DNA from: an uncultured Bacilli bacterium
GTDB taxonomy: Bacteria; Bacillota_I; Bacilli_A; RF39; UBA660
Assembly: GCA_947628435.1 (NCBI GenBank)
Contig: CANQZW010000004.1
Span: 2,087-66,086, forward strand
Direction of reading: 5' to 3'
DNA length: 64,000 bases
Below, piece by piece: positions 1 through 13,161 of the stretch (position 1 is the first letter of the stretch; each line of letters opens with the position of its first letter). The notes beneath the pieces are model-generated. The model had not been told where the DNA came from. It did no database searches and worked only from the letters and a program-made list of their open reading frames with translations. The position numbers and the translations under genes were made by a program.

Positions 1-1218
1 AGGACCCATTATAACGCGGTCTATTGCCTCATCGATTTCTGTCATCGTAATGGCTGATTTTTCACTTCTAACAGCAAGAAGTGCAGCCTCATTAAGTAAG
101 TTTTCCAAATCTGCACCTGAAAAACCTACTGTTCTTTTGGCTATATTATCTAAATGTACGTTCTTAGATAATACTTTATTTCTTGCATGAACTTTTAATA
201 TCTCTTCCCTTGCCTTTTGCTCTGGTAATGCAACCGTTACTTGCCTGTCAAAACGTCCTGGTCTTAAAAGGGCTGGATCCAAGACATCTGGTCTGTTAGT
301 TGCTGCAATGATTATTATTCCTTCATTTGCACCAAAACCGTCCATCTCAGTTAACAATTGGTTAAGGGTTTGTTCTCTTTCATCATGTCCTCCACCAATC
401 CCAGTACCTCTTTGACGTCCTACTGCATCAATTTCATCAATAAATATCAAGCAAGGGGCATTTTGTTTTGCCTGTTTAAACATATCTCTTACTCTTGATG
501 CACCAACACCAACATATAATTCTACAAAATCAGAACCAGATATGAAATAAAATGGTGCGTTAGCCTCACCTGCAACTGCCTTTGCAAGTAAAGTTTTACC
601 TGTTCCTGGAGGACCTACCAAAAGTACTCCTTTAGGTATTCTAGCTCCTAATTTTTGAAACTTTTTAGGATACTTTAAAAAGTCTATTAATTCTTGCAAT
701 TCTTCTTTTTCTTCTGGAAGTCCAGCTACATCCTTAAAAGTAACCCTACCATTATCCGGATTCAACTTAGCCTTACTTCTTCCAAAGTCCATTGATCCTT
801 TTTGACCATTAAGTTGTTTAGTAAAAAACCAAAATGCTAAACCTATTAATAATATTGTTGGAGCAATATTTACTAAAAATACTACCCAATGATTAGCAGA
901 AGGATCAGATTTAGATACAATTTTAAAATCCTTTTCTTCACTTGCATCAACTATTTTATTTATTACAGTATCTGAAAGTGGTGTTTTTACACTAAACGTT
1001 TGCCCTTGTTTAGCATCTTTTAACTTACCAGTGATTTGATAAGTGTATGCTGATGTACTTGGAGTTATTACAACCTCCTTAACATTATTCTTAGACAAAG
1101 CTTTATTAAACTCATTATAAGTTAATTCCTTATTATTCTCACTACTCATATTATAAAAGAACATTATTGATAATCCAATAATTAATAGTAAGAAATAAGG
1201 AAACATTCCCTTTTTCAT
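1..1218 (-). CDS. ftsH: ATP-dependent zinc metalloprotease FtsH, N-terminal 406 codons; the 3' part of the gene lies beyond the window start
   Basis: Not in the ORF track because there is no stop in the window. Minus-strand translation from the ATG at 1216-1218 gives [16 protein letters not shown] (TM segment). It then shows Walker A GPPGTGKT, Walker [10 protein letters not shown] and [20 protein letters not shown], and stays in frame to base 1. Confidence 0.9.
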   Translation of the reverse strand, partial: MKKGMFPYFLLLIIGLSIMFFYNMSSENNKELTYNEFNKALSKNNVKEVVITPSTSAYTYQITGKLKDAKQGQTFSVKTPLSDTVINKIVDASEEKDFKIVSKSDPSANHWVVFLVNIAPTILLIGLAFWFFTKQLNGQKGSMDFGRSKAKLNPDNGRVTFKDVAGLPEEKEELQELIDFLKYPKKFQKLGARIPKGVLLVGPPGTGKTLLAKAVAGEANAPFYFISGSDFVELYVGVGASRVRDMFKQAKQNAPCLIFIDEIDAVGRQRGTGIGGGHDEREQTLNQLLTEMDGFGANEGIIIIAATNRPDVLDPALLRPGRFDRQVTVALPEQKAREEILKVHARNKVLSKNVHLDNIAKRTVGFSGADLENLLNEAALLAVRSEKSAITMTEIDEAIDRVIMGP

Positions 1219-1225
1219 ATTTTGA

Positions 1226-2569
1226 CTATTTTGACCTGTCATTTTCTTCCTCCTTGTAATACTTTAATATTATATCATACTTTCCTTGTTTTGACTTATC
1301 ATATTTAGATTTCTTAATTCCTGGAATCCAAAGAATCTTTCCTTTACTATCAACTAATAAAGGATACGTAATTCTATTTTGTCTTAAAATCTTTTCTGTA
1401 ATAAAAATATCATTAACTTTTTTAGAACCTTTAAGTCCTAAAACTTCTATTCTATCACCATTAATTACGTTTCTTAAATATAATGGAAAACAAATGTCTT
1501 TACTGTTAAACGCCGTAAAATAATTAGTAGTATTTTCCAATTTGTTAACTTCTTTAACAATAAAACCATTAGGTAATTCTTGATAGGAATCAAAAACAAA
1601 ACAATAATCATTATATTTTAATTTATTATCGAAATATATCTTATTATAAGACTTAACTAATATTTTTTTCTTTGGTAAATTAATCAATTCACTTGTTTTT
1701 TTGCTCTTAATAAGAGATATTACTAAATTAGTTTTATTATCATCTATATATGTAATATCACTACCATAATTATTATATAAATACCTCATTACTATTTTCT
1801 TTATTATTAAGTTATCATGCATTAACAACTTATCTACTAATATTTCATTTTTAACTACAATATTAGGATATAATTTATCGATAATACTATCAAAATAACT
1901 ATTATATTCACCTAGCAATGTCGAAAATTTTAAAAATTGTCTATGAACAAAAGGATTTTCTTTTTTAAGTAATGGTAATATATACTTTCTATACCTATTT
2001 CTTGTATACGTATCATCATCATTAGACTTATCAATAGCATAATTAATACTATTCTTATCACAATAATTTAATAATTCATCTTTTGTAACAAAAAGTAAAG
2101 GCCTTATAATATTATAATTTTTTCTTTTACTTATTAAAGATATACCAGCATAACCTTTAAGGGATGATCCTCTTACAATCCTCATTAATATGGTTTCAAT
2201 TAAATCATCACCATGATGTGCTGTAAATAAATAATTAGAATCATACTTATTAATAAGATTTTCAAAAAAAGCATATCTTTTTTCCCTAGCTTCTTGCTCA
2301 GTAAAACGGTTATTTTCGTAAGAATCTATTTTCATAAATTCAAAAGTTATATTTTTTAATTTACAAAAATATTCTAACTTTCTAACCTCTTCATCACTTT
2401 CTTTTCTATGATTATGGTGGACATGCGCACAAATGATTTTATTATTAGGATAATATTTACACAAAATATCTAATAATGCCATCGAATCTGGACCATATGA
2501 TACCCCTACTATTAAAGTTTTTGATGAACTTATACTTAACTTTTCTAAAAAATCATAAACAGATTCCAT
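1226..2569 (-). CDS. tilS: tRNA(Ile)-lysidine synthase
   Basis: 447 aa. N-terminal PP-loop-like [13 protein letters not shown]. Sits directly upstream of ftsH, as in the Bacillus tilS-(hprT)-ftsH arrangement. Confidence 0.8.
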   Translation of the reverse strand: MESVYDFLEKLSISSSKTLIVGVSYGPDSMALLDILCKYYPNNKIICAHVHHNHRKESDEEVRKLEYFCKLKNITFEFMKIDSYENNRFTEQEAREKRYAFFENLINKYDSNYLFTAHHGDDLIETILMRIVRGSSLKGYAGISLISKRKNYNIIRPLLFVTKDELLNYCDKNSINYAIDKSNDDDTYTRNRYRKYILPLLKKENPFVHRQFLKFSTLLGEYNSYFDSIIDKLYPNIVVKNEILVDKLLMHDNLIIKKIVMRYLYNNYGSDITYIDDNKTNLVISLIKSKKTSELINLPKKKILVKSYNKIYFDNKLKYNDYCFVFDSYQELPNGFIVKEVNKLENTTNYFTAFNSKDICFPLYLRNVINGDRIEVLGLKGSKKVNDIFITEKILRQNRITYPLLVDSKGKILWIPGIKKSKYDKSKQGKYDIILKYYKEEENDRSK

Positions 2570-2651
2570 AAAATCACCTTAAGGTATATTGTAACACAAA
2601 AAAACAAAAAGAACATATATAATTATCATATATAACATTCTTTTTATTATA

Positions 2652-3035
2652 TTAATATTTTAAAACTTTTTGTATATAATCTTCATTTTCTATATCTAGA
2701 TATAGATTTTTTATTTCTTTTCCTTTTATATTACCATCAATAAATTTCATTGGACTATAAACTATTTTAACCAACACAGTATTATCACACCAATTACATA
2801 AATTCTCTCCATCAAAGTAATATGTTGATGGAATTATTAGTGAAGATATATTTATAGAGGAAATAATAATAGGTACCGTTTTTATCTCTTCTTTTAATTC
2901 ACCATTTTCCTTAACAAAAAATTTTTTTGAAATTGCAAAAAAAGCTCCATCATTGATTTCTATTAATTCTTCACATATTGCTGCTAATCTATCATCAAAC
3001 GCACGCCTTTTAAATTTTTTTACTTTTTTATACAT
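2652..3035 (-). CDS. hypothetical small cytosolic protein (127 aa from MYKKVKKFKRRAF)
   Basis: ORF-track ORF 2652-3086. The start is trimmed to the ATG at 3035, which follows the SD AAGGGGGA. No recognisable motif. Confidence 0.5.
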   Translation of the reverse strand: MYKKVKKFKRRAFDDRLAAICEELIEINDGAFFAISKKFFVKENGELKEEIKTVPIIISSINISSLIIPSTYYFDGENLCNWCDNTVLVKIVYSPMKFIDGNIKGKEIKNLYLDIENEDYIQKVLKY

Positions 3036-3064
3036 TTTAATCCCCCTTTTGTTAACAATCGTAT

Positions 3065-3093
3065 ATGATACAAAGAATAATAACAATTGTCAA
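3065..3093 (-). promoter_or_regulatory. sigma-A type promoter, TTGACA-17 nt-TATCAT, in front of the 127-aa ORF
   Basis: On the minus strand, TTGACA is at 3093-3088 and TATCAT at 3070-3065, with an exact 17-nt spacer. It lies just downstream of the rpoC terminator. Confidence 0.5.
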
Positions 3094-3112
3094 TAATTAA
3101 ATTAAAATATTA

Positions 3113-3139
3113 CAAAAAAAGAAGGCTAATAGCCCTCTA
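3113..3139 (-). terminator. rho-independent terminator of rpoBC
   Basis: Minus-strand sequence is AGAGGGCT-att-AGCCTTCT followed by TTTTTTT. The hairpin overlaps the rpoC TAG stop. Confidence 0.7.
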
Positions 3140-6100
3140 ATCAACTAACTGTTCTTCTAATACATCTAGTGCATCATTATCAACTTGTTCACTTTCTAAA
3201 GAATAGTCAACACCAGAATAGAACTTAGAACCAGTACCAGCTGGAATTAATTTACCAATAATAACATTCTCTTTTAATCCTGTTAAATGGTCAACTTTTC
3301 CCTTAATAGCTGCATCTGTTAAGATTCTAGTAGTTTCTTGGAATGATGCTGCTGATAAGAATGAATCTGTCTCTAACGATGCTTTAGTAATACCAAGCAT
3401 TATAGGTCTTCCAGTTGCTGGTTTCTTACCTTGAATAATAGCTTCTTTATTTATTTTTGTAAACTCATGCATTGAAACTAGCTTACCAGATACTAATGAG
3501 GTATCACCACCATCTACAATCTTAATTCTTGCAATCATACGACGAGCTAAAATCTCAATATGCTTATCAGAAACATCAACACCCTGTGATTTATATACTT
3601 TTTGAACTTCTGCTAAAATATAATTTTGAGCAGTTATTGGATCAGTTACAGCAAGTAATTCCTTAGGATTTATAGAACCTACGTTAAGCTTATCACCTGC
3701 TTTTACTTCTTGACCTTTTTCAACGCAAAGTTTTACACCATAGTTAGTAGTATGTTCTCTTGATTCAACATCATTAGTAATTTCTATTTTATATTTACCA
3801 TTTAAATCTTCAATCTTTGTTACTTTACCATTTATTTCAGCAATTGTAGATTTTGCTTTTGGTATTCTTGCTTCAAATAATTCTTGTACACGAGGTAAAC
3901 CTTGAGTTATATCCTCTCCTGATGCAACACCACCAGTATGGAATGTTCTCATGGTAAGTTGGGTACCTGGTTCACCAATTGACTGAGCAGCCATTATACC
4001 TACTGCCTCACCAATTTCAACAACATTACCAGTAGCTAAGTTAGTACCATAACAGTGCTTACATACACCATTTTCAGTTTTACATGTTAAAGCTGTTCTT
4101 ATTTCAACTTCTTTGATTCCAGCCTTATCAATTTTATCTGCAATTGGTTCAGTAATTAATTCGTTTTTATCTATTATTACTGCTTTTGTTACTGGATCAA
4201 TTACTTTTTTATTAGTGTAACGTCCAACAATACGTTCATGTAAGCTTTCAATTACCGTATTAGAATTTTCATCAATAAATTCAGATACTAAAACACCTTG
4301 AATTGTTCCACAATCTTCTTGTCTTACTATTACATCTTGAACAACATCAACTAAACGTCTGGTTAAATATCCAGAATCTGCTGTTTTTAATGCAGTATCA
4401 GCATTACCTTTACGAGCTCCGTGTGTAGAAATAAAGAACTCAGAAACTGATAAACCATCAATAAATGATGATGTAACCGGGATTTCTACTGCTTCACCGT
4501 TTGGTTTTGCAAGTAAACCACGCATACCTGCAAGCTGCGTAAATTGTGATAAGTTACCACGTGCCTTAGAATTTATCATCATCATAATTGGATTATCTGA
4601 TGGAGCCTCTACCTTTTGTTTTAATTCTTCTTGAACTTTATTGGTTGCATCATTCCATACAGAGCACACCTTTTCATAACGTTCTTTATCTGTTATTAAA
4701 CCACGTCTGTACTGTTTATTTATCGTATCAACTAACTTTTGTGATTTTTCAACAATTTCACCTTTATGTTCACTTGTTTCAACATCTGCTATTGATATTG
4801 ATATACCAGATAATGTTGAATATTTAAATCCTAAATCTTTTAGGCGGTCTAACATTATTGATGTTTCGGTAGTCTTATAACGTTTAAATATCTGAGCAAT
4901 TATACTCTTTAATGCACTTTGTGGAAAAGGTTTTACAAGTTCCATTTTACTAATAGCCTCTGGAATATTAGTTCCACGTGGTAAAAAATATTTCATTGGT
5001 GTTAAATTTTCAAAATTATCATCAGTAGGTTCATTTATATACTGAAAACCATCAGGTAAAATTTCATTAAACTTTAACTTACCAACCGTTGTTACTAAAT
5101 ACATTTGTTTTTGTTCTTCAGTAAACATTTTATATTTTAATGATTTAGCAGGTAAAGCAATTCTTGCATGTAAAGTAAGTTCTCTTCTTTCATAAGCCTC
5201 AATTGCTTCATCAGCATTTTTAAATACCCTTCCTTCGCCTTCTATACCAGCTTTTTCCATGGTTATGTAGTAGTTACCTAATACCATGTCTTGTGATGGT
5301 GTAACAATTGGCTTTCCATCTTTTGGTGAAAGAATATTATTTGCACCAAGCATTAAAATTCTAGCTTCAGCTTGAGCTGCATCAGATAAAGGTACGTGAA
5401 CAGCCATTTGGTCTCCATCAAAGTCAGCATTAAATGCCGCACAAACTAAAGGATGAAGTCTAATAGCCTTACCACTTACTAATTTTGGTTCAAATGCTTG
5501 AATACCTAATCTATGAAGTGTTGGAGCACGGTTTAACATTACTGGATGTTCTTTTATAACATCTTCAACTATATCCCATACTCTCTCATCTTGATTTTCA
5601 ATTAATTTTTTTGCAGATTTGATATTATGAACAATATCTCTTTGCACTAAACCATGAATAACATGAGGTTTAAATAACTCAAGTGCCATTTCTTTTGGAA
5701 TACCGCATTGGTACATCTTAAGTGTTGGTCCAACAGCAATAACACTACGTCCTGAGTAATCAACACGTTTACCAAGCAAATTCTGACGGAAACGTCCTTG
5801 TTTTCCTTTTAACATAGAAGAAATTGATTTAAGTGGTCTATTTGATGGACCAGTTACATTTCTACCACGTCTTCCATTATCAAACAAAGCATCTACTGCT
5901 TCTTGAAGCATTCTTTTTTCATTTTGAACAATAATTGATGGAGCATTTAATTCAAGAAGTTTTTTTAAACGATTATTACGATTAATAACACGTCTATATA
6001 AATCATTTAAATCACTGGTTGCAAAACGACCTCCATCCAATTGAATCATAGGTCTTAATTCTGGTGGTATAACAGGTAAAGCTGTTAATATCATCCATTC

Positions 6101-6769
6101 TGGTTTATTTCCTGATTTATCAAATGAATCTAATATGTCCAATCTTTTAAGAAGTCTTGTTCTTTTTTGCTCTTGAGCACCATCTAATTCTGCTTCTATT
6201 TTCTTTATTTCTTCTTTAACATTTATTTCTTTAAGTAGCTTTAAAATAGCTTCTGCACCCATACCAACCTCAAAAGTATTACCATACTTTTCATAATAAG
6301 CACGGTATTCTTTATCAGATAACGTTTGCTTCTTTTCAAGAGGTGCAGCTCCTGGATTTATTACTACGTAAGAAACAAAATATAATACCTCTTCTAGATC
6401 TCTTGGAGACATATCAAGTACTAATCCCATACGAGATGGAACACCTTTAAAAAACCAAATATGAGATACTGGAGTAGCAAGCTCTATATGTCCCATACGT
6501 TCACGACGAACTTTAGACTTAGTAACTTCAACTCCACATCTATCACAAATAATATTTTTATATCTTAATCTTTTATATTTTCCACAAGCACATTCATAAT
6601 CCTTGCTTGGACCAAATATTTTCTCACAGAACAAACCATCTCTTTCAGGTTTTAAAGTACGATAATTAATGGTTTCTGGTTTTTTAACCTCTCCATAAGA
6701 CCACTCCCTAATTTGTTCGGGTGAAGCGATAGATATCTTTATTCCATCAAACTTATTTGCATCTAACAT
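3137..6769 (-). CDS. rpoC: DNA-directed RNA polymerase subunit beta'
   Basis: 1210 aa. Catalytic NADFDGDQM motif and zinc-finger cysteines (CACGKY...CDRCG). Confidence 0.98.
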   Translation of the reverse strand: MLDANKFDGIKISIASPEQIREWSYGEVKKPETINYRTLKPERDGLFCEKIFGPSKDYECACGKYKRLRYKNIICDRCGVEVTKSKVRRERMGHIELATPVSHIWFFKGVPSRMGLVLDMSPRDLEEVLYFVSYVVINPGAAPLEKKQTLSDKEYRAYYEKYGNTFEVGMGAEAILKLLKEINVKEEIKKIEAELDGAQEQKRTRLLKRLDILDSFDKSGNKPEWMILTALPVIPPELRPMIQLDGGRFATSDLNDLYRRVINRNNRLKKLLELNAPSIIVQNEKRMLQEAVDALFDNGRRGRNVTGPSNRPLKSISSMLKGKQGRFRQNLLGKRVDYSGRSVIAVGPTLKMYQCGIPKEMALELFKPHVIHGLVQRDIVHNIKSAKKLIENQDERVWDIVEDVIKEHPVMLNRAPTLHRLGIQAFEPKLVSGKAIRLHPLVCAAFNADFDGDQMAVHVPLSDAAQAEARILMLGANNILSPKDGKPIVTPSQDMVLGNYYITMEKAGIEGEGRVFKNADEAIEAYERRELTLHARIALPAKSLKYKMFTEEQKQMYLVTTVGKLKFNEILPDGFQYINEPTDDNFENLTPMKYFLPRGTNIPEAISKMELVKPFPQSALKSIIAQIFKRYKTTETSIMLDRLKDLGFKYSTLSGISISIADVETSEHKGEIVEKSQKLVDTINKQYRRGLITDKERYEKVCSVWNDATNKVQEELKQKVEAPSDNPIMMMINSKARGNLSQFTQLAGMRGLLAKPNGEAVEIPVTSSFIDGLSVSEFFISTHGARKGNADTALKTADSGYLTRRLVDVVQDVIVRQEDCGTIQGVLVSEFIDENSNTVIESLHERIVGRYTNKKVIDPVTKAVIIDKNELITEPIADKIDKAGIKEVEIRTALTCKTENGVCKHCYGTNLATGNVVEIGEAVGIMAAQSIGEPGTQLTMRTFHTGGVASGEDITQGLPRVQELFEARIPKAKSTIAEINGKVTKIEDLNGKYKIEITNDVESREHTTNYGVKLCVEKGQEVKAGDKLNVGSINPKELLAVTDPITAQNYILAEVQKVYKSQGVDVSDKHIEILARRMIARIKIVDGGDTSLVSGKLVSMHEFTKINKEAIIQGKKPATGRPIMLGITKASLETDSFLSAASFQETTRILTDAAIKGKVDHLTGLKENVIIGKLIPAGTGSKFYSGVDYSLESEQVDNDALDVLEEQLVD

Positions 6770-9700
6770 TACTCTTCATCCCCTTCCATTAAAGCGTCGT
6801 CTATTTCATCTAATTCATCTTCAATTTCTGCCTCATAATCATCTTGTTCTTCTTCACTTACAAGTTCATCAGACTCAGATTCAACTTCTTGCTCTGAGAC
6901 AACATCAACCGTTTGTTTTGGTTCAATCATTGAAACGTTATCTATTTCTTCAATTGATAGTGGAGAAACCTCTTTTTCTTCTTCCTCTTCAAGAGTTTTA
7001 ACATCAACTTCTTTTCCATCTTCAGTTATCATTGCAATGTTTAAACCTAAAGCTTGGAACTCTTTAACAAGTACTCTAAAGCTTTCTGGAACGCCGGCTT
7101 GATTAACTGGTTTTCCTTTAACAATTGACTCATAAACTTTAACACGTCCAACAACGTCATCTGATTTAACGGTTAAAATTTCTTGAAGTACGTGAGCAGC
7201 GCCATACGCATATAATGCCCAAACTTCCATTTCACCAAATCTTTGTCCACCAAATTGTGCCTTACCACCTAATGGTTGCTGTGTAACTAATGAATAAGGT
7301 CCAGTTGCACGAGCATGTAGCTTATCATCAACCATGTGATCTAGTTTTATCATATACATAACACCAACTGCAACACGATTATCAAAAGGCTCACCTGTTT
7401 TACCATTATATAAAACTGTTTTTCCATCTGGATCCATGCCTGCTTCTACCATCATATCTTTTATATCGTCCCACGTTGCACCATCAAATACAGGAGTAGC
7501 AGTATAAACACCTAGTTTTTTAGCTGCCATACCTAAATGCATTTCTAGTATTTGTCCAGGATTCATACGAGATGGAACGCCTAATGGGTTAAGCAAGATA
7601 TCAACTGGTGTACCATCCGGTAAATAAGGCATATCTTCTTGTGGTGCAACAAGTGAAATAACACCTTTGTTACCATGACGTCCAGCCATTTTATCTCCGA
7701 CTTGAATCTTACGTTTTTGAACTATGTATACACGAATTTCTTTACTAACTCCGCTTGGTAATTCATCAGAGTCTTTCTTGGTATATATTTTTATATCATG
7801 TACTATACCAGCCCCACCATGTGGAACACGAAGTGATGTATCTCTTACCTCACGGGTTTTTTCACCAAAAATAGCATGTAATAGTTTTTCTTCTGATGTA
7901 AGTTCTACCATACCTTTTGGCGTTACTTTACCAACTAGGATATCTCCTTCTTTTACCTCAGTACCTATCCTAATAATTCCATTAGCATCCAAATTTTTAC
8001 GACTTTCCTCACTTACGTTAGGAATATCACGTGTGATTTCTTCTGGTCCTAACTTAGTATCACGACACTGAATTTCATAATCTTCAATATATATAGATGT
8101 TAAAACGTCATCCTTTACCATTCTTTCATTAAGAATAACTGCATCCTCATAATTATATCCATTATAAGTCATAAATGCTACTACTAAGTTTTTACCTAAA
8201 GCAACCTCACCCTTATCAGTAGATGGACCATCCGCTATTATTTGTCCACGTTTTACAGCATCACCAACCCTTACAATTGGTCTTTGATGATAGCACGTAC
8301 CAGCATTTGATCCTTCAAAATTCTTAAGCATATATATATCTTTAGCTTTTGTTGTTTTAACAATGATTTTCTTACCATCAACGTATTCAACAACACCATC
8401 AGCTTTAGCAATTACGGCAACACCACTATCTTTAGCAGCTTGAGCCTCAACACCTGTTGCAACAAGTGGAGCTTCTGCTTTTAATAAAGGTAAAGCTTGA
8501 CGCTGCATGTTTGAACCCATTAAAGCACGGTGTGCATCATCATGGTCAAGAAAAGGAATACAACTTGTTGTAACAGATACAATTTGTTGTGGAGCAACAT
8601 CAATGTAGTCAACCTCTTCAGGGGTTGCTAAAATATTCTCTCCATTTTGACGAGCAGGAACATGCTTTTGAATAATAGTACCATTATCCATTTCAACTTT
8701 AGCTTGAGCTATTATATGTCCATTTTCTTCATCAGCTGTCAAATAATCTATTTGATCTTGTAACTTACCATTTTTTACTCTTCTATATGGTGTCATTATA
8801 AATCCATAGTCATTTATTTTTGCATAATTAGCAAGTGATGTAATAAGACCTATGTTAGCTCCTTCTGGTGATTCAATAGGACATATTCTACCATAGTGAG
8901 ACACATTAACATCACGCACTTCCATAGCAGCTCTATCACGAGACAAACCACCTGGTCCTAAAGCAGATAAACGACGTTTGTTATTTAATTCTGATAACGG
9001 ATTAATCTGATCCATGAATTGTGATAACGGACTTGATCCAAAAAATTCCTTAATAACCGCTGTTATTGGTCTTATATTAATCAATGTTTTAGGAGTAGCT
9101 GTTTCAACGTCTAAAGTAGTCATTCTTTCACGAATAACTCTTTCCATACGAGCAACACCTATTCTAAATTGATTTTGTAATAATTCACCAACTTGTCTTA
9201 AACGACGATTAGATAAATGATCTATTTCATCTATTGATCCTATATTATGTAAAAGGTTTAAATAGTAAGATACTGATGCATATATATCTGATATAGTAAG
9301 TGTTTTAACATTTATGCTCTGATCATTACCAACTACTTTTACAACTTTTTTAGAATCAAGTGGTGAGTATACACTAACAACTTGAACCATTGTATGATCA
9401 TCAAGTTCTTTATCCATAGTTGCATCAATCATTCCATAACCATTATCTAAAATTGGTTTTAAAGTATTCATAACCTCATTGGTAATTTTCGTACCACTTT
9501 TAATTATAACTTTTCCGTCTACTTTTATATCTTCAGCCAAAGTTTGATTCAACAAACGATCACATATATTTAATTTTTTATTAAATTTATAACGTCCAAC
9601 TTTTGCTAAATCATATCTGAAATTATCAAAAAATCTAGTTATTAACTGATTCTTAGCACTATCTAAAGTTGCAGGTTCACCTGGTTTTAATTTTTCATAT

Positions 9701-10407
9701 ATTTCAAGTAATGCCTCATCAGTATTCTTAGTAGAATCTTTTTCCAAAGTATTCATCAAATATTCATCATTACCAAATAGTTTTAACATATCATCGTTAG
9801 ATGAAAGTCCAAACGCACGTAAAAAAGCAGTAATAACAACCTTTCTATTACGATCAATTCTAACATCTACAACATCTTTACTATTAAGCTTGTATTCAAG
9901 CCAAGTTCCTCTTGTTGGTATTATCTGAGACGATATTATAGAACGCCCATTTTTATCAATTTCTCTACCATAATAAACGCTTGGAGAACGAACTAATTGT
10001 GATACAATAACACGCTCTGAACCGTTAAATATAAATGATCCAGAATCAGTCATTAATGGCATATCACCTAAGAATATTTCTTGCTCTTTTACCTCGCCAG
10101 TTTCATTATTAAACAAACGAGTTTGAACTTTTAGCGGAGCAGCATAAGTAGTTTTCTTCTCCTTACATTCTTTTATTGTATGTCTTGGTTCATCAAATGA
10201 ATATTCACCAAATACTAAAGATAATGTTCCAGAGAAATTTTCTACTGGGCTTATTTCCTCTAACACTTCTTTAATTCCCTCTTGAATAAACCAATTATAT
10301 GACTTGGTTTGTATTTCAAGTAAATCAGATAATTCCAAAGAATTATTAACCCTTGAAAAGTCTCTTCTTTCACGGTATTCGTTTACTTTTTTTATCTTAT
10401 AAGCCAC
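6769..10407 (-). CDS. rpoB: DNA-directed RNA polymerase subunit beta
   Basis: 1212 aa. [13 protein letters not shown] motif. GTG start at 10407 preceded by GGGGTGG. The stop overlaps the rpoC ATG (TAATG). Confidence 0.98.
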   Translation of the reverse strand: MAYKIKKVNEYRERRDFSRVNNSLELSDLLEIQTKSYNWFIQEGIKEVLEEISPVENFSGTLSLVFGEYSFDEPRHTIKECKEKKTTYAAPLKVQTRLFNNETGEVKEQEIFLGDMPLMTDSGSFIFNGSERVIVSQLVRSPSVYYGREIDKNGRSIISSQIIPTRGTWLEYKLNSKDVVDVRIDRNRKVVITAFLRAFGLSSNDDMLKLFGNDEYLMNTLEKDSTKNTDEALLEIYEKLKPGEPATLDSAKNQLITRFFDNFRYDLAKVGRYKFNKKLNICDRLLNQTLAEDIKVDGKVIIKSGTKITNEVMNTLKPILDNGYGMIDATMDKELDDHTMVQVVSVYSPLDSKKVVKVVGNDQSINVKTLTISDIYASVSYYLNLLHNIGSIDEIDHLSNRRLRQVGELLQNQFRIGVARMERVIRERMTTLDVETATPKTLINIRPITAVIKEFFGSSPLSQFMDQINPLSELNNKRRLSALGPGGLSRDRAAMEVRDVNVSHYGRICPIESPEGANIGLITSLANYAKINDYGFIMTPYRRVKNGKLQDQIDYLTADEENGHIIAQAKVEMDNGTIIQKHVPARQNGENILATPEEVDYIDVAPQQIVSVTTSCIPFLDHDDAHRALMGSNMQRQALPLLKAEAPLVATGVEAQAAKDSGVAVIAKADGVVEYVDGKKIIVKTTKAKDIYMLKNFEGSNAGTCYHQRPIVRVGDAVKRGQIIADGPSTDKGEVALGKNLVVAFMTYNGYNYEDAVILNERMVKDDVLTSIYIEDYEIQCRDTKLGPEEITRDIPNVSEESRKNLDANGIIRIGTEVKEGDILVGKVTPKGMVELTSEEKLLHAIFGEKTREVRDTSLRVPHGGAGIVHDIKIYTKKDSDELPSGVSKEIRVYIVQKRKIQVGDKMAGRHGNKGVISLVAPQEDMPYLPDGTPVDILLNPLGVPSRMNPGQILEMHLGMAAKKLGVYTATPVFDGATWDDIKDMMVEAGMDPDGKTVLYNGKTGEPFDNRVAVGVMYMIKLDHMVDDKLHARATGPYSLVTQQPLGGKAQFGGQRFGEMEVWALYAYGAAHVLQEILTVKSDDVVGRVKVYESIVKGKPVNQAGVPESFRVLVKEFQALGLNIAMITEDGKEVDVKTLEEEEEKEVSPLSIEEIDNVSMIEPKQTVDVVSEQEVESESDELVSEEEQDDYEAEIEDELDEIDDALMEGDEE

Positions 10408-10477
10408 GCAATTCCACCCCTAAACTATAAATTTTTAAAGAACATGTCTAAAATTAAAGACACAGTACCAATTTAAA

Positions 10478-10506
10478 ATATTACAAGAAAAATCTAGACT
10501 TGTCAA
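10478..10506 (-). promoter_or_regulatory. candidate sigma-A promoter upstream of rpoB, TTGACA-17 nt-TAATAT
   Basis: On the minus strand, TTGACA is at 10506-10501 and TAATAT at 10483-10478, with a 17-nt spacer. Confidence 0.45.
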
Positions 10507-10618
10507 TATTTTTTTCAAAATATTCAATAAAAAATCATAATTTTATTTAATTATGACATTTATTTTATATTTCTATAAATTTCAAAGTTTAATTTGCTTT
10601 TAATAACAAATTAAATAA

Positions 10619-11203
10619 CTAAATAGATTTTATTATATAAAAGCCTTTTTTCTTTGCTATAACATCTACTTTTTTATATTTTTCCTTCATATGTCTAGTC
10701 AATGATTCTGCTCCTTGTTTTTTTCTTACAACTATCCATAACTGTCCATCATCTTTTAAATAATCTTTAGCACCCATTATAATTTCATATAACTTTTCAT
10801 TACCTACCCTAATAGGTGGATTTGATAATATATAATCATATTTATTACTTATATTTTCATATGCATCTGATTTAAACACATTTGCTTTTAATCCTTGCTC
10901 ACTTAAAGATCTTTTTGATAAATTAATCGCTCTTTCGTTTATATCTGACATATCCACAGCAAAACCCTTTTTTGCCGCATAAATTCCAATAGGTCCACAA
11001 CCACAACCTATATCTAATAATCTTTTTTCCTGTGGAAAAGTGTACTCGAATGTTGTTAATAATAATTTTGTACCAAAATCCAACTCATCTTTCGAAAAAA
11101 CTCCATTATCCGTATAAAAATAGTAACTTGTATCATTAATAATCGTATTTATTTTTCTGATATTAGATTTTAAATTTTCGTCATTTGTAAAATAATGTGC
11201 CAT
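10619..11203 (-). CDS. ybxB: class I SAM-dependent (RsmC/YbxB-like) methyltransferase
   Basis: 194 aa. SAM motif DIGCGCGPIG and LSNPPIR motif. Position between rplL and rpoB matches Bacillus ybxB. Confidence 0.75.
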   Translation of the reverse strand: MAHYFTNDENLKSNIRKINTIINDTSYYFYTDNGVFSKDELDFGTKLLLTTFEYTFPQEKRLLDIGCGCGPIGIYAAKKGFAVDMSDINERAINLSKRSLSEQGLKANVFKSDAYENISNKYDYILSNPPIRVGNEKLYEIIMGAKDYLKDDGQLWIVVRKKQGAESLTRHMKEKYKKVDVIAKKKGFYIIKSI

Positions 11204-11245
11204 ATATACACCTCTATTAATTTATAAACATTGATTTTATTATAA

Positions 11246-11272
11246 CAAAAAAGAACTACGTTTTGTAGCTCT
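11246..11272 (-). terminator. rho-independent terminator after rplL
   Basis: Minus-strand sequence is GAGCTAC-aaaac-GTAGTTC (one G-U pair) followed by TTTTTT. Confidence 0.65.
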
Positions 11273-11296
11273 TTTAGTACTTATTATTAAACTAAC

Positions 11297-11662
11297 TTAT
11301 GCAAGTTCAACTGTTGCTCCAGCTTCTTCTAACTTAGCTTTAATATCATTTGCCTCATCCATTGAAGCATTTTCTTTGATATTTCCACCTTCATCAGCTA
11401 ACTTCTTAGCTTCCATTAGTCCTAAACCAGTAACATCTCTAATTACCTTTATTACTTGAATCTTAGTTGCTCCAGCATCTTTTAATACAACTGTTGCAGA
11501 TGTTTTTTCTTCTGCAGCAGCAGCAACTGGTGCAGCAGCTACTGCAACAGCACTTGGATCAACTCCAAACTCCTCTTTCATTTTGTCTACTAATTCTTTT
11601 ACTTCAAGAATTTTCATTTCCTTAATTGCATCAATTATTTCTTGTGTACTTAATTTTGCCAT
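11297..11662 (-). CDS. rplL: 50S ribosomal protein L7/L12
   Basis: 121 aa. Alanine-rich hinge AVAVAAAPVAAAAEEK and a conserved C-terminal domain. Confidence 0.97.
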   Translation of the reverse strand: MAKLSTQEIIDAIKEMKILEVKELVDKMKEEFGVDPSAVAVAAAPVAAAAEEKTSATVVLKDAGATKIQVIKVIRDVTGLGLMEAKKLADEGGNIKENASMDEANDIKAKLEEAGATVELA

Positions 11663-11687
11663 TTTTAATTTCCTCCCTATTTTTTAT

Positions 11688-12185
11688 TTATTTTTCTTCT
11701 TCTAAATTCTTACTATGTAAGTCTAAGCAAATTGCAACATTCTTAACATGTTCCATTAAACCTGCCGCAAACATTGTAAGTAATCCATCTCTTGATGGTA
11801 TTTTTGATAATTCCTTAAGTTCATCAAGAGTTGTTTCTTTACCATCTACGTATCCACCTTTTAATTCTAAGGCTGGATGATCTTTAGCGAAATCTGCTAA
11901 AACTTTAATTGGTGCAACAGCATCTTGTGACGTTGCAATTGCAGATGGTCCTTGCAAACAATTATCTAATTTAATAGATAACTTATCAAAAGCTCTTTTA
12001 GTTAAAGTATTTTTATATACTTTATATGAAGAATCTGATTCACGAAGTTTACGACGAAGATCAACTATCTCAGCATCAGTTAAACCACGGTAATCAAATA
12101 AAACAACGCTATTTGCGTTTTTAACACGCTCGGTTATTTCATTAACAATTTCTTCTTTTTTAGCTATGATCGCTTGATTTGCCAT
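11688..12185 (-). CDS. rplJ: 50S ribosomal protein L10
   Basis: 165 aa. Upstream of rplL. Typical L10 N-terminus (VVLFDYRGLT). Confidence 0.95.
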   Translation of the reverse strand: MANQAIIAKKEEIVNEITERVKNANSVVLFDYRGLTDAEIVDLRRKLRESDSSYKVYKNTLTKRAFDKLSIKLDNCLQGPSAIATSQDAVAPIKVLADFAKDHPALELKGGYVDGKETTLDELKELSKIPSRDGLLTMFAAGLMEHVKNVAICLDLHSKNLEEEK

Positions 12186-12383
12186 GCTTTTTCCTCCTTC
12201 TTTAGTAATAAGTACCTAAATTAAAAGGTCTTTACATCAAAGACATAAAGACCTTAAAATCCAAATATGATTTTTTTGTCCTCGGTAGGAATAAAGTTAT
12301 GCGTTTATTCGCTCCTACTGTCTTTGGTACTCTTTAGTATGCCATAAAGGCAATAACTACACTTAAGTTTAAAACAATTTTAA
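12186..12383 (-). promoter_or_regulatory. L10 (rplJL) leader-like 5' UTR with an attenuator hairpin
   Basis: 198-nt gap between rplA and rplJ. It contains AAGACAGTAGGAG...CTACCGAGG pairing. A 10-bp hairpin AAGGTCTTTA-11 nt-TAAAGACCTT (12225-12255) is followed by TTTAATTT. Confidence 0.5.
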
Positions 12384-13082
12384 TTATTTGTCAAATGATG
12401 TTAAATCCACTTTGATTCCAGGACCCATAGTAGATGCTAAAGATACATTTTTTAAATAAATACCTTTTGCAGCTTGTGGTTTAGATTTAATTATTACATC
12501 CATAAAGGCATTAACGTTATCAATTAACTGATTTTCAGTAAAGGACACTTTACCAACAATAGCATGAACGTTTGCGTATGAATCAGTACGATATTCAACA
12601 CGTCCTTTTTTAACGTCTTCAACAGCCTTTTTAGTATCTATTGTAACAGTTCCTGTTTTTGGATTTGGCATTAAACCTTTTGGACCTAATATTTTACCTA
12701 ATTTTCCTAAAAGTGGCATCATTTCTGGTGTTGCTATAATTACGTCAAATTCAAACCAATTTTCCTTTTCAATTTTAGTAATCATATCAACATCACCAAC
12801 AAAGTCAGCACCTGCACTAACAGCTGCTTTTGCAGCATCACCTTTAGCTAAAACTAAAACCTTCTTAGTTTTTCCTGTACCATGAGGCAATACTATTGCA
12901 CCTCTTAATTGTTGGTCATTTTTCTTTGTATCCAAATTTAATCTAACAGCTATTTCAACTGTTGCATCAAACTTAGAGATTGAAGTTTCTTTTACTAATT
13001 TAACAGCCTCTTGTAGAGTATATGACTTACCTTTTTCAATTTTGCTTAAAGCATCAAGATACTTCTTACTTTTCTTTTTCAT
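12384..13082 (-). CDS. rplA: 50S ribosomal protein L1
   Basis: 232 aa. Canonical L1 sequence and rplK-rplA order. Confidence 0.97.
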   Translation of the reverse strand: MKKKSKKYLDALSKIEKGKSYTLQEAVKLVKETSISKFDATVEIAVRLNLDTKKNDQQLRGAIVLPHGTGKTKKVLVLAKGDAAKAAVSAGADFVGDVDMITKIEKENWFEFDVIIATPEMMPLLGKLGKILGPKGLMPNPKTGTVTIDTKKAVEDVKKGRVEYRTDSYANVHAIVGKVSFTENQLIDNVNAFMDVIIKSKPQAAKGIYLKNVSLASTMGPGIKVDLTSFDK

Positions 13083-13161
13083 TTTCTTACCTCCTTGTGG
13101 TTAATAGCGGATTTTCCTCCCACATAGATAAATCTATATGTTTTTTTATTATTTATTAATA

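Noticed and set aside
4970-4985. A parS-like 16-mer AGTTCCACGTGGTAAA inside rpoC (encodes LPRGT).
   Set aside because: It has three mismatches to the symmetric consensus, including outer positions on both arms. It is not one of the identical copies and is most likely coincidental. Only a ParB ChIP could rescue it.
6772-7000. A roughly 75-aa strongly acidic C-terminal tail on RpoB (EEEEEKE...[16 protein letters not shown]).
   Set aside because: Acidic C-terminal tails on RpoB are common in Bacillota, including B. subtilis. It is not distinctive without comparative data.
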